Positions 41,734-50,798 of a stretch of DNA of 64,000 nucleotides are shown here, piece by piece; positions within the stretch are counted from its first letter, which is position 1; every line of letters starts with the position of its first letter. Source of the DNA: Erysipelotrichaceae bacterium (lineage in GTDB: Bacteria > Bacillota_I > Bacilli_A > RFN20 > CAG-826). The stretch is taken from positions 226-64,225 of the forward strand of contig JAAYCD010000093.1 of the NCBI GenBank assembly GCA_012744375.1. The letters are read 5' to 3'. A model generated the notes under the pieces. The model had not been told where the DNA came from. It saw only the letters and a program-made list of their open reading frames with translations, and made no database searches. The translations under genes were made by a program, and so were the position numbers.

Positions 41734-42741
41734 ATGAAAAAAATTGGTATTTTAGGCTCCGGTACTTGGGGCGCAGCTTTAGCAAATTTATTAACAGGCA
41801 TTGGCCATGATGTTGTCTTATGGTCAAAATTTCCTCATGAAAAAGAGGCATTAGAAAACAGCTTAACACACCCGAATTTACCAGGGGTTGATTTAAATAA
41901 GAAAATTCACTTTTCCGCGGACATCGTTGAAAGTGTAACTGAAAGGGACATCATTGTTTTTGCCACACCTTCGGTTTTTGTGCGTCAAACAGCCCTTCTG
42001 GCGCGTCCTTTCCTTTCCAATAAGCAAATTATCGTCACCGTTGCTAAAGGCATTGAGGAAGGCTCTTTATTAACTACTAGTGAGATTATCCATGATGTCT
42101 TAAAAGACAAAGACTTACCTGTGGTTGCACTTTCAGGTCCAACTCACGCCGAAGAAGTGGCGATTGAAATGCCAACTTGTATTGTCGCCACATGTGAAAA
42201 TATTAAATATGCTGAGATTATTCAAGACGTGTTTTATTCTTCAAAGTGCTTAAGAGTATATACAAACCAAGATATATTGGGTGTCGAAATTTGCGGCGCT
42301 TTGAAAAACATTATCGCTTTAGCGGCCGGTATGAGTGATGGCTTGGGTTATGGTGATAACGCTAAAGCTGCCCTGATTACTCGCGGCTTAAGAGAAATTA
42401 CTCGGATTGGCTTAGCGATGGGAGCAAACATTAATACTTTCTCCGGCTTAACTGGAATTGGTGATATTGTTGTTACTGCGACCAGTGTGCATTCAAGAAA
42501 TCACCGCGCGGGATATTTGCTCGGTAAAGGTTTTACCTTACAAGAAACCTTAGCGAAAGTTGGCATGGTGGTGGAAGGACTTAATTCCTTAAATGCTGCG
42601 ATTGAGCTAGAGAAGAAATTTGATCTACAATTACCGATTATTGATACTGTTTACGATATTATCCAAGGTAAAACAACAGTCAAAGAAGCAGTTACCTCCT
42701 TGTTTTCAAGAAAAAAGCAAAACGAAGTCAACTTCTATTAA
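41734..42741 (+). CDS. gpsA: NAD(P)H-dependent glycerol-3-phosphate dehydrogenase
   Basis: GSGTWG.AL, SGPTHAEEV, GALKNIIA.AAG, GDNAKAALITRGL, SRN..AG. Confidence 0.96.
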   Translation: MKKIGILGSGTWGAALANLLTGIGHDVVLWSKFPHEKEALENSLTHPNLPGVDLNKKIHFSADIVESVTERDIIVFATPSVFVRQTALLARPFLSNKQIIVTVAKGIEEGSLLTTSEIIHDVLKDKDLPVVALSGPTHAEEVAIEMPTCIVATCENIKYAEIIQDVFYSSKCLRVYTNQDILGVEICGALKNIIALAAGMSDGLGYGDNAKAALITRGLREITRIGLAMGANINTFSGLTGIGDIVVTATSVHSRNHRAGYLLGKGFTLQETLAKVGMVVEGLNSLNAAIELEKKFDLQLPIIDTVYDIIQGKTTVKEAVTSLFSRKKQNEVNFY

Positions 42742-42744
42742 GTA

Positions 42745-42774
42745 AAAACCACCTCAAAAAATTGAGGTGGTTTT
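42745..42774. terminator. bidirectional terminator
   Basis: AAAACCACCTCAA-aaaa-TTGAGGTGGTTTT between convergent genes. Confidence 0.85.
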
Positions 42775-42796
42775 CATTTGCTTTGATGATAATTAG

Positions 42797-44869
42797 CTAA
42801 AGTTTCATCGCAACATCCCAAGCCCGCCAGATGACAGTACGGAGATTACCGACTTCATGGCAATCACCGACGAGATGAATATGTTTGTCCTTATTAAATT
42901 GTGGTGTTGGGTTATATCCAATTGAGAGTATAACTTTGCTACCAGGAATAAATAATTCCTTACCATCTTTATCAATGGCAATGACCCCATCTTCACGAAT
43001 TTCTTTAACTTTTGTTTCTAAATGAACTGGTGTTTCGTGTAACAAAAAGTAATCTCTTAAATAAGAAGAATTGGCTAAGCAAACTCCGGGTACCGCAATC
43101 AAATCATTTTTCATTTCAATGATTGTTGGTTTTTTACCATTAAGAGACAAGTCATAAGCAATTTCACAGCCCGTTAAGCCGCCACCAATAACGATTGGAT
43201 TTTCACCATAATCACCATTTCTATCCTTTAAGTAATCTAAAGCATCAATAGCTAGTTGAATGCCTTGAATATTTAAACTTTTTGCCTTAGAACCAGTAGC
43301 AACCACTAGTTCATCAAATTGGCCTTGTTTAGCTAAGCATTTGGAACAGTCAATGGATGCATTCATGAAAACTTTTATGTTTTCGTATTTCTTGATTTCA
43401 CGGCGATACCAATCCAAAAGCTTGCGGTCTACTTCTTTGAAGTCAGGAGTAGTCGCGGTTACAAACACACCACCTAATTGATCAGTTTTTTCAAATAGTG
43501 AAACATTATGTCCTCTTTTTGCTAACACAATGGCTGTTTCCATACCGCCAATCCCACCGCCAATAACGGCGATTTTCTTTATTTTCTTAGCAGGAACGAT
43601 TTTGTATTTTTTCGTCTGCATGGTCATCGGGTTTAACGCACAACGCGCCATATGTAATGCGTCATGCAAAGGTTGGTCGTTTGCGACACCTTTATAATGC
43701 GCCATATTAAAGCAAGCATTGTGGCAGTGAATGCAAGGCATGATTTCTTCTTCACGACCTTCCATAAGTTTTGTCACCCATTTTGGATCAACGAGAAATT
43801 GGCGAGCAACACCCATCGCATCAATTTTGCCTTCCTTGATAGCTTCAGCGGCAACTTCAGGAGTCATGCGACCAGCACAAACAACAGGAATATTAACAAA
43901 TTTCCTTATGTGTGAGACATCTTCAAGATTACAGTTTTCTGGCATATAGCCTGGAGGATGAGCCCAATACCAAGCATCATAAGTGCCGTTGTCGCAGTTA
44001 AGCATGTCATAGCCTGCATCTTGCAAATATTTAGCTGCTCTTTCACTTTCTTCCATAGCGCGACCAATTTCGACGAATTGTTCGTTTGGCATTGCGCCTC
44101 TACCGAAAGCTTTAGTTTTGCTAACGACTGAGTATCTTAAGGTGACTGGAAAATTTTCACCGCACACTTTTTTAATTGCCTTAACAATTTCTACTGGAAA
44201 GCGATAGCGGTTTTCAAAACTGCCACCCCATTTATCTTTTCTAAAGTTTGAGTATGGGAGGGTGAACTGGTCTAATAAGTAACCTTCGTGAACAGCATGA
44301 ATTTCCACCCCATCCACCCCGGCGTCCTTACATAATTTCGCCACTTTAGCAAAGCCATCAATCATTTTAAGAATTTGCTTTTCACTTAGTTCTTTTGTCA
44401 TGACAGTTTCGTCCCAACGGTTAGGTAAAACGCTAGGAGCGGCATTAATCCAATTCATATTAAAAACTGGTTTTAATAAACCGCCGATGAGTTTGTTTTT
44501 GCAGCATTTGACCATGATATCGTTAATCGCCATTACGCGACCAAAGCCGGCAGTCAACTGCACAAACATTTTCGCTCCAGTTTGGTGAAGTTCATCCATA
44601 AAGGGCTTTAGTTTTTTATACATTCCTTTATTGGAATATAACCAGCCACCCATCATCGGGTTTTTAATTGGAGCGATGCCGGGGAGAATTAAACCAACGT
44701 TATTTTTTGCTCTTTCTAGTAAGAAGTTTGCCGCCTCTTTATCAAAATGCGCTGGTTCCATCCAACCGAAAATAGAAGTGCCTCCCATTGAAGTCATCAC
44801 GATACGGTTTTTAATTTCCACATCGCGAATTTTCCACGGAGTAAATAAAGGTTTATAAATCTTTTTCAT
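42797..44869 (-). CDS. NADH:flavin oxidoreductase, 2-enoate-reductase-like (OYE barrel + 4Fe-4S + FAD/NAD domain)
   Basis: IKNRIVM, GVEIHAVHEGYLLDQF, GGSFENRYRF, CIHCHNAC..C, VIGGGIGGME, VIGGGLTGCE; ATG 44869 after GGAAAGG. Confidence 0.88.
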   Translation of the reverse strand: MKKIYKPLFTPWKIRDVEIKNRIVMTSMGGTSIFGWMEPAHFDKEAANFLLERAKNNVGLILPGIAPIKNPMMGGWLYSNKGMYKKLKPFMDELHQTGAKMFVQLTAGFGRVMAINDIMVKCCKNKLIGGLLKPVFNMNWINAAPSVLPNRWDETVMTKELSEKQILKMIDGFAKVAKLCKDAGVDGVEIHAVHEGYLLDQFTLPYSNFRKDKWGGSFENRYRFPVEIVKAIKKVCGENFPVTLRYSVVSKTKAFGRGAMPNEQFVEIGRAMEESERAAKYLQDAGYDMLNCDNGTYDAWYWAHPPGYMPENCNLEDVSHIRKFVNIPVVCAGRMTPEVAAEAIKEGKIDAMGVARQFLVDPKWVTKLMEGREEEIMPCIHCHNACFNMAHYKGVANDQPLHDALHMARCALNPMTMQTKKYKIVPAKKIKKIAVIGGGIGGMETAIVLAKRGHNVSLFEKTDQLGGVFVTATTPDFKEVDRKLLDWYRREIKKYENIKVFMNASIDCSKCLAKQGQFDELVVATGSKAKSLNIQGIQLAIDALDYLKDRNGDYGENPIVIGGGLTGCEIAYDLSLNGKKPTIIEMKNDLIAVPGVCLANSSYLRDYFLLHETPVHLETKVKEIREDGVIAIDKDGKELFIPGSKVILSIGYNPTPQFNKDKHIHLVGDCHEVGNLRTVIWRAWDVAMKL

Positions 44870-44954
44870 TATATGTGTACCTTTCCTACACGAGTATTTT
44901 ATCACAAACCAAAATGACAAATTCAATATTTCGTTACAATTCGGTAAAAAAATA

Positions 44955-45005
44955 TTGATTTCATTTAATATATAAGTTATAAATAGTTTGGTAAAAAAAT
45001 ACCGA
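44955..45005 (+). promoter_or_regulatory. putative rex-adhE promoter with candidate operator palindrome
   Basis: TTGATT-17-TATAAA (44955-44983); imperfect 18-bp palindrome TTGGTAAAAAAATACCGA at 44988-45005, related copy at 44941-44958. Confidence 0.5.
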
Positions 45006-45010
45006 ATATT

Positions 45011-45643
45011 ATGGAAAAGAAAAAAGTCTCAATTCGTCAATTAGAAAGATATCCCGTATACCTCAACTTCTTGCTATCGCTACGCAATAGTGGAATTGAT
45101 AAGGTTTCGTCGAAACAAATTGCAGAAATGATGCTCTGTTCGGAGGAACAGGTGAGAAAAGATTTACAACTTGTTTCTCCTAAAAAAGCTTCTCCAGGAA
45201 GACAACGCGATGTCGGAGCACTCATCAATTTACTAAAAAACTTTCTTGGTTATAACAAAATCAACGAAGCGGTGTTAATTGGTGTTGGACATTTAGGTGG
45301 AGCCCTGATGTCATTTAAAGGATTTTTGGACTTTGGTTTAGAAATCGTTGCAGGATTCGATGTTAATCCCGCGCTTATCAACACCACAATCGCTGGTAAG
45401 CCTATCTATGATTTAGCGGAATTACCACGCATCTTAGAAGAAAGAAAAATTACCATCGCGATTCTCACCACTCCAAAATCTGTCAGCCAAGAAACTGTCG
45501 ATAAATTAGTGGACTTTGGCATAAAGGCCATTTGGAATTATGTTCCAATGCACCTAAATGTACCAAAAGATGTCGTCATTGAAAATGTCGATTTCGCCGC
45601 CTCTCTTGCCATTCTCTCCCATCGTATCAATCGCAAAATTTAG
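45011..45643 (+). CDS. rex: redox-sensing transcriptional repressor Rex
   Basis: R.P.Y...L, VSSKQIA, QVRKDL, IGVGHLG.AL, FDVNP, GIKAIWNY.P..L.VP. Confidence 0.93.
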   Translation: MEKKKVSIRQLERYPVYLNFLLSLRNSGIDKVSSKQIAEMMLCSEEQVRKDLQLVSPKKASPGRQRDVGALINLLKNFLGYNKINEAVLIGVGHLGGALMSFKGFLDFGLEIVAGFDVNPALINTTIAGKPIYDLAELPRILEERKITIAILTTPKSVSQETVDKLVDFGIKAIWNYVPMHLNVPKDVVIENVDFAASLAILSHRINRKI

Positions 45644-45657
45644 GAGGATTATATCCT

Positions 45658-48276
45658 ATGCTAGAAGAAAAGAAAATTGCTTCAGAAATATTAGAAGAAA
45701 TTAACACTCTTGTAACCAATGGTCAAAAAGCTCTTGAACAATTTGAAAATTATGATCAAGAGAAAATTGATTATATTGTCGCCAAATGTTGTGTTGCCGG
45801 CCTAGACCACCATGGTTCTTTAGCTAGAGCGGCAATTGAAGAAACTAAACGCGGAGTATTTGAAGACAAGGCTGTTAAAAATTTATTCGCCTGTGAATAT
45901 GTGCAAAACAATATGCGCCACTTAAAGACAGTTGGTATTATTAGTGAAAATTCAATATCTGGTATTACACAAATTGCTGAACCTGTTGGCGTTATTTGTG
46001 GTATTACACCAGTTACTAACCCAACTAGCACAGTCATCTTTAAAGCGCTCATTTGCTTAAAAACTCGTAATCCGATTATTTTTGCTTTCCATCCTTCTGC
46101 TCAACAATCTAGCAAGCAAGCTGCGCAATTAATGAAAGCAGTAGCAGAAGAAGCCGGTGCTCCAAAAAACTGTATTCAATGGATTGAACATCCTAGTCTT
46201 GATGCCACAAGTGCGTTAATGAACCACCCAGGTGTAGCCACTATCTTAGCGACTGGTGGTAATGCTCTTGTTAAGGCCGCTTATAGTTGTGGCAAACCAG
46301 CTTTGGGTGTTGGTGCGGGTAATGTCCCCGCCTACATGAATAAGTCATGCGATATTGAGCAAGCAGTCAACGACATTGTCTTAAGCAAGGCTTTTGATAA
46401 TGGTATGGTATGCGCTTCCGAACAAGCGACAATTATCGATCAAGAAATTTGGGATGAAGCACTCGCCACTTTCGAACGTTTCAAAGTCTATTTTCTTAAT
46501 GATGAAGAAAAAGCAAAACTTTCTAAATATATGTTTGGCTATGTTAAAGGTGAAGCTGACGTCGAAAAAGCCGTTCTTAATTCCGCAGCTGTTGGTCAAT
46601 CAGCCACATGGATTGCTGAACAATCCGGAATTAAAGTTCCTGCTGATACAACAATCTTGGGTGTTGTTTGCGATGAAGTTGGCCCTAACGAACCCCTTTC
46701 TCGTGAAAAATTATCCCCAGTTTTAGCCTTCTTAAAGAGCACAAATGTCGAAGAAGGCTTCAAACTTGCCGCTGAAATGGTAGCATTTAATGGCCTTGGT
46801 CATAGCGCGGCAATTCATTGCAAAGATCAAAAAATGGCTGATGATTTTGGTAAACTAGTCAAAGCAATTAGAATCATTTGGAATTCTCCTGCAACTTTTG
46901 GTGGCATAGGCAATGTGTATAACTCATTCCTACCATCTTTAACTTTAGGTTGTGGTTCATACGGCCATAACTCAATCGGCGGAAATGTTAGTGCTATCAA
47001 CTTATTAAATATTAAGCAAGTTGGTAAAAGGAGAAATAATATGCAATGGTTTAAAGTTCCTGCAAAAATCTATTTCGAAAGAAACTCGATTCAATATTTA
47101 AGAGATTGTAAAGAAATGCACAAAGTGTTCATCGTCACCGATAAGATGATGATTGAACTTGGCTTCTTACATAAGATTGAAGAACAACTCAATTCAAGAA
47201 GTGAAAAACCAATTATTCAAATTTGTAGCAGTATCGAACCAGATCCGGATATTTCTTCTGTGAGAAAAGGTGCCGATATGATGAAAGTGTTTGAACCCGA
47301 TACTATTATCGCATTAGGTGGTGGTTCGGTTATGGACGCTGCAAAAGGTATGTGGCTTTTCTATGAACATCCTGAAGTCAATTTTGAAGACTTAAAACAA
47401 AAATTTATGGACATTCGTAAAAGAGCGTTCAAATATCCAGAATTAGGCAAAAAGTCCAAACTCATTTGTATTCCAACTACATCAGGTACTGGTAGTGAAG
47501 TAACTCCATTTGCTGTTATTTCTGATAAAGCAAACAAAAAGAAATATCCACTCGCAGACTATTCTTTAACTCCCACTATTGCGATTGTTGATCCAGAATT
47601 CACAACTAATTTACCTAAGGGTGCAACTGCAATGACTGGGTTGGATACTCTTACCCACGCAATCGAAGCTTATGTTTCAGTCATGGCAAACGACTTTACC
47701 GATGGCTTATGTTTAAAAGCTATTCAACTAGTTTTTAACTATCTACCACGTGCAGTAAAGTATGGAGCACAAGACTTAGAAGCTAGAGAAAAAATGCACA
47801 ATGCTGCGACCATCGCGGGTATGGCATTTGCTAACGCTTTTTTAGGCATTGCCCATAGTTTAGCTCACAAAGTAGGTGGTGAATTCCACGCGACTCACGG
47901 CTTAGCGTGTGCAATTTTGTTACCACATGTTATTCGTTATAACGGTAAGGTGCCTACAAAATTAAGCGTCTGGCCAAAATACAATCATTATGTGGCAGAT
48001 AAGCGCTATCAAGAAATCGCCCAATTACTCGGATTAAAGGCCGACTCCCCAGAAGTAGGCGTTGAAGCTTTAGCAACTGCTGTCACCAATTTATTAAGAG
48101 AAATCGGCGTAGATCCAAATTTCTCTGCCTACGGTATTAAAGAAGAAGAATGGTTAACTAAGATTGATGAAATTGCAACCTTAGCTTATGAAGATCAATG
48201 TTCACCTGCAAACCCAAGAATGCCTTTGGTAGCCGATATGAAACAAATCCTTATCGATAGCTTCAAGGGGAATTAA
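45658..48276 (+). CDS. adhE: bifunctional acetaldehyde-CoA/alcohol dehydrogenase
   Basis: PVTNPTST, KPALGVGAGN, FDNGMVCASEQ, LTLGCGSYG, GGGSVMDAAK, PTTSGTGSEVT, HSLAHK. Confidence 0.97.
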   Translation: MLEEKKIASEILEEINTLVTNGQKALEQFENYDQEKIDYIVAKCCVAGLDHHGSLARAAIEETKRGVFEDKAVKNLFACEYVQNNMRHLKTVGIISENSISGITQIAEPVGVICGITPVTNPTSTVIFKALICLKTRNPIIFAFHPSAQQSSKQAAQLMKAVAEEAGAPKNCIQWIEHPSLDATSALMNHPGVATILATGGNALVKAAYSCGKPALGVGAGNVPAYMNKSCDIEQAVNDIVLSKAFDNGMVCASEQATIIDQEIWDEALATFERFKVYFLNDEEKAKLSKYMFGYVKGEADVEKAVLNSAAVGQSATWIAEQSGIKVPADTTILGVVCDEVGPNEPLSREKLSPVLAFLKSTNVEEGFKLAAEMVAFNGLGHSAAIHCKDQKMADDFGKLVKAIRIIWNSPATFGGIGNVYNSFLPSLTLGCGSYGHNSIGGNVSAINLLNIKQVGKRRNNMQWFKVPAKIYFERNSIQYLRDCKEMHKVFIVTDKMMIELGFLHKIEEQLNSRSEKPIIQICSSIEPDPDISSVRKGADMMKVFEPDTIIALGGGSVMDAAKGMWLFYEHPEVNFEDLKQKFMDIRKRAFKYPELGKKSKLICIPTTSGTGSEVTPFAVISDKANKKKYPLADYSLTPTIAIVDPEFTTNLPKGATAMTGLDTLTHAIEAYVSVMANDFTDGLCLKAIQLVFNYLPRAVKYGAQDLEAREKMHNAATIAGMAFANAFLGIAHSLAHKVGGEFHATHGLACAILLPHVIRYNGKVPTKLSVWPKYNHYVADKRYQEIAQLLGLKADSPEVGVEALATAVTNLLREIGVDPNFSAYGIKEEEWLTKIDEIATLAYEDQCSPANPRMPLVADMKQILIDSFKGN

Positions 48277-48332
48277 ATTCAACCATTCAATTACACCAAT
48301 ATTTTTAAGAGCGTATTTGTGTCAATTAATGT

Positions 48333-48361
48333 TGTTATTTGATACGCGCGCTCGTATAATT
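48333..48361 (+). promoter_or_regulatory. putative sigma-A promoter of the hydrogenase operon
   Basis: TTGTTA-17-TATAAT; palindrome ATTACT-aaa-AGTAAT downstream at 48373-48387. Confidence 0.5.
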
Positions 48362-48402
48362 AAAGACGCTTGATTACTAAAAGTAATAACTAGGAGGCTA
48401 TT

Positions 48403-48888
48403 ATGGCAAAATTACAACCACAAGCTGTAAAACTAATTACCGAAATAGTTGAACGGTTTAAGGATGAACCAACACCAACCATGATGATTCTTGAAGAAAT
48501 TCAAAGGGAATACGGTTATGTTCCTCTTGAAGTCCAAGAATTGGTCAGTCAATTAACTGGAATTCCAGTCAGTGAAATTTATGGTGTGGTCACTTTTTAT
48601 TCGTTCTTTTCTATGGTACCAAAGGGCAAATATGTTGTCGGTGTTTGCTTAGGCACTGCTTGTTATGTTAAGGGCAGTCAATTGGTGAGCGATAAATTCA
48701 GTGAAGTTCTTGGTATTAAACCAGGCGAAACAACTGCTGATGGTTTATTCACCCTTGATCACTTACGTTGCATTGGCGCTTGTGCCGTCGCTCCAGCCGT
48801 TTCTATTAACGGTAAAGTATATCCACAAGTTAAAGTGGACAACGTGAAGAAAATTGTCGAAGACTATCGTGCAAAGGAGGCGCAATAA
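48403..48888 (+). CDS. [FeFe]-hydrogenase NuoE-like [2Fe-2S] subunit (HydC/HndA type)
   Basis: IQ.EYGYVP, YGVVTFYSFF, VCLGTACYVKG, RCIGAC..AP. Confidence 0.92.
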   Translation: MAKLQPQAVKLITEIVERFKDEPTPTMMILEEIQREYGYVPLEVQELVSQLTGIPVSEIYGVVTFYSFFSMVPKGKYVVGVCLGTACYVKGSQLVSDKFSEVLGIKPGETTADGLFTLDHLRCIGACAVAPAVSINGKVYPQVKVDNVKKIVEDYRAKEAQ

Positions 48889-48890
48889 TT

Positions 48891-50786
48891 ATGAATTTGG
48901 AAAAAATTAAAAGCGAACAAGAATTACAAGAGCGCTTTGAACATTGCAGTAAGTGCTTAGACAAAAAATTCCGTGGCGAACCAGGTCATCGTGCAATTGT
49001 TGTTTGTGGTGGTACAGGTTGCTTATCTAGTGACTCTCAAGAAGTGGTGGATAATTTCCTCCAATTAATTAAGGATAATGGCTTAGAGGGCAAAGTAACA
49101 GCCAACCTCGTTGGTTGCTTTGGCTTCTGCTCACAAGGTCCATTTGTTAAAATTTTCCCAGAAGATACTCTTTATACCAAGGTCAAACCAGCCGACGTTA
49201 AAGAAATTTTCGAAAAAGATATTTTAAACGGTGAAGTCGTTACTCGTTTGCTCTTTGTTGACCCTCAAACAAAAGAGCATGTCCAAAGACAAGTCGACAT
49301 CAACTTTTATCGTTTACAAAATAGAAACTACGCCCTTGCCGGTAACGGCGAAATCGATCCAGAAAACCTTGATGAAGCTCTCGGCTACGGCGCTTTCAAA
49401 GGCTTAGCAAGAGCCTTAAAGATGTCAAGAGATGAAGTCATTCAAGAAGTGATTAAGTCCGGTTTGCGTGGTAGAGGTGGCGCAGGTTTTCCAACTGGTA
49501 AAAAATGGTCCTTTGTACCAAAAACTCCTGGACCAAAATATATGATTTGTAATGGTGACGAAGGTGACCCAGGTGCTTTCATGGATCGTTCCATCATTGA
49601 AGGTAATCCAGTCAACTTAATCGAAGGCATGATGATTGCTGGTTATGCGATTGGCGCACAAGATGGTTACTTCTACGTTCGTGCTGAATATCCGGTTGCT
49701 GTTAAAAGATTAGCCAAAGCTATCGAAGAATTAGAAGAAATCGGTTTATTAGGCGATAACATCTTAGGTTCCGACTTCTCATTCCGCTGCCACATTAGAT
49801 TAGGCGCTGGCGCATTCGTTTGTGGTGAAGAAACAGCTTTGATTAATAGTATTGAAGGCAAACGCGGTATGCCTCGCCCTCGCCCTCCATTCCCTGCAGT
49901 TAAAGGTTTATGGGATTGTCCATCGGTCGTTAATAACGTCGAAACTCTCGCATGCTTACCTTTAATCTTAAGAGAAGGTTGGGAAAAATTTGCCGCAATT
50001 GGCACTGCTGATACCAAAGGTACTAAAGTATTTGCTCTTGGTGGCAAAGTTAATAACGTTGGTTTAGTTGAAGTTCCAATGGGCACAACTTTAAGACAAT
50101 TAATTTATGATATCGGTGGTGGCATTCCAGATGGTAAAAAATTCAAGGCCATTCAAACTGGCGGTCCTTCTGGCGGTTGCTTAACTGAAAAAGACTTAGA
50201 TACACCAATCGACTTTGGTAGCTTGGTAGCTGCTGGTAGTATGATGGGTTCTGGTGGCGCTATTGTTATGGACGAAGACAACTGTATGGTCGACGTCGCT
50301 AAATTCTATATGGAATTCATTTGCGATGAATCATGTGGTAAATGTTCTCCATGCCGTATCGGCACCAAGAGAATTTTAGATATCTTAACAAAGATTTGTG
50401 ATGGTAAAGGCACTCCACAAGATTTAGATAATCTTCAAGAATTAGCCGCTGTTGTTAAAAACAACTCTCTCTGTGCATTAGGCCAAACCGCTGCTAACCC
50501 AATCGTTAGCACGATTAAAGCTTTCCCAGAAGAATATCAAGCACACGTCGTTGATCACAAATGCCCAGCCCATGTTTGCAAAAACATGATGGAATATTAT
50601 ATCATTCCAGAGAAATGTATTGGCTGTGGTGCTTGTCAACGTGGTTGCCCAACTAGCTGTATCCATCCAACCGATATCCCAGCCAAACTTCCAAATAAGT
50701 TTGTCTTGAAGATTGATGTCGCTAACTGCGTTAAGTGTGGTAACTGCCAAGCAGCATGTCGCTTCGGCGCCGTTATCAAGAGATAG
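48891..50786 (+). CDS. [FeFe]-hydrogenase NuoF-like diaphorase subunit (HydB/HndC type)
   Basis: N-terminal CGGTGC..GCFGFC [2Fe-2S]; SGLRGRGGAGFPTG, NGDEGDPGAFMDR, GAFVCGEETAL, GGPSGG, ESCGKCSPCRIG; two C-terminal 4Fe-4S motifs. Confidence 0.93.
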   Translation: MNLEKIKSEQELQERFEHCSKCLDKKFRGEPGHRAIVVCGGTGCLSSDSQEVVDNFLQLIKDNGLEGKVTANLVGCFGFCSQGPFVKIFPEDTLYTKVKPADVKEIFEKDILNGEVVTRLLFVDPQTKEHVQRQVDINFYRLQNRNYALAGNGEIDPENLDEALGYGAFKGLARALKMSRDEVIQEVIKSGLRGRGGAGFPTGKKWSFVPKTPGPKYMICNGDEGDPGAFMDRSIIEGNPVNLIEGMMIAGYAIGAQDGYFYVRAEYPVAVKRLAKAIEELEEIGLLGDNILGSDFSFRCHIRLGAGAFVCGEETALINSIEGKRGMPRPRPPFPAVKGLWDCPSVVNNVETLACLPLILREGWEKFAAIGTADTKGTKVFALGGKVNNVGLVEVPMGTTLRQLIYDIGGGIPDGKKFKAIQTGGPSGGCLTEKDLDTPIDFGSLVAAGSMMGSGGAIVMDEDNCMVDVAKFYMEFICDESCGKCSPCRIGTKRILDILTKICDGKGTPQDLDNLQELAAVVKNNSLCALGQTAANPIVSTIKAFPEEYQAHVVDHKCPAHVCKNMMEYYIIPEKCIGCGACQRGCPTSCIHPTDIPAKLPNKFVLKIDVANCVKCGNCQAACRFGAVIKR

Positions 50787-50798
50787 GAGAATCAAATT

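Noticed and set aside
42797..44869. Bilirubin reductase (BilR) or bile-acid BaiCD/BaiH assignment
   Set aside because: Lacks the HGDR motif and any bai operon context; left as enoate-reductase-like
48403..50786. Respiratory complex I (nuoEF)
   Set aside because: Followed by an H-cluster subunit and no membrane nuo genes, so these are hydrogenase subunits
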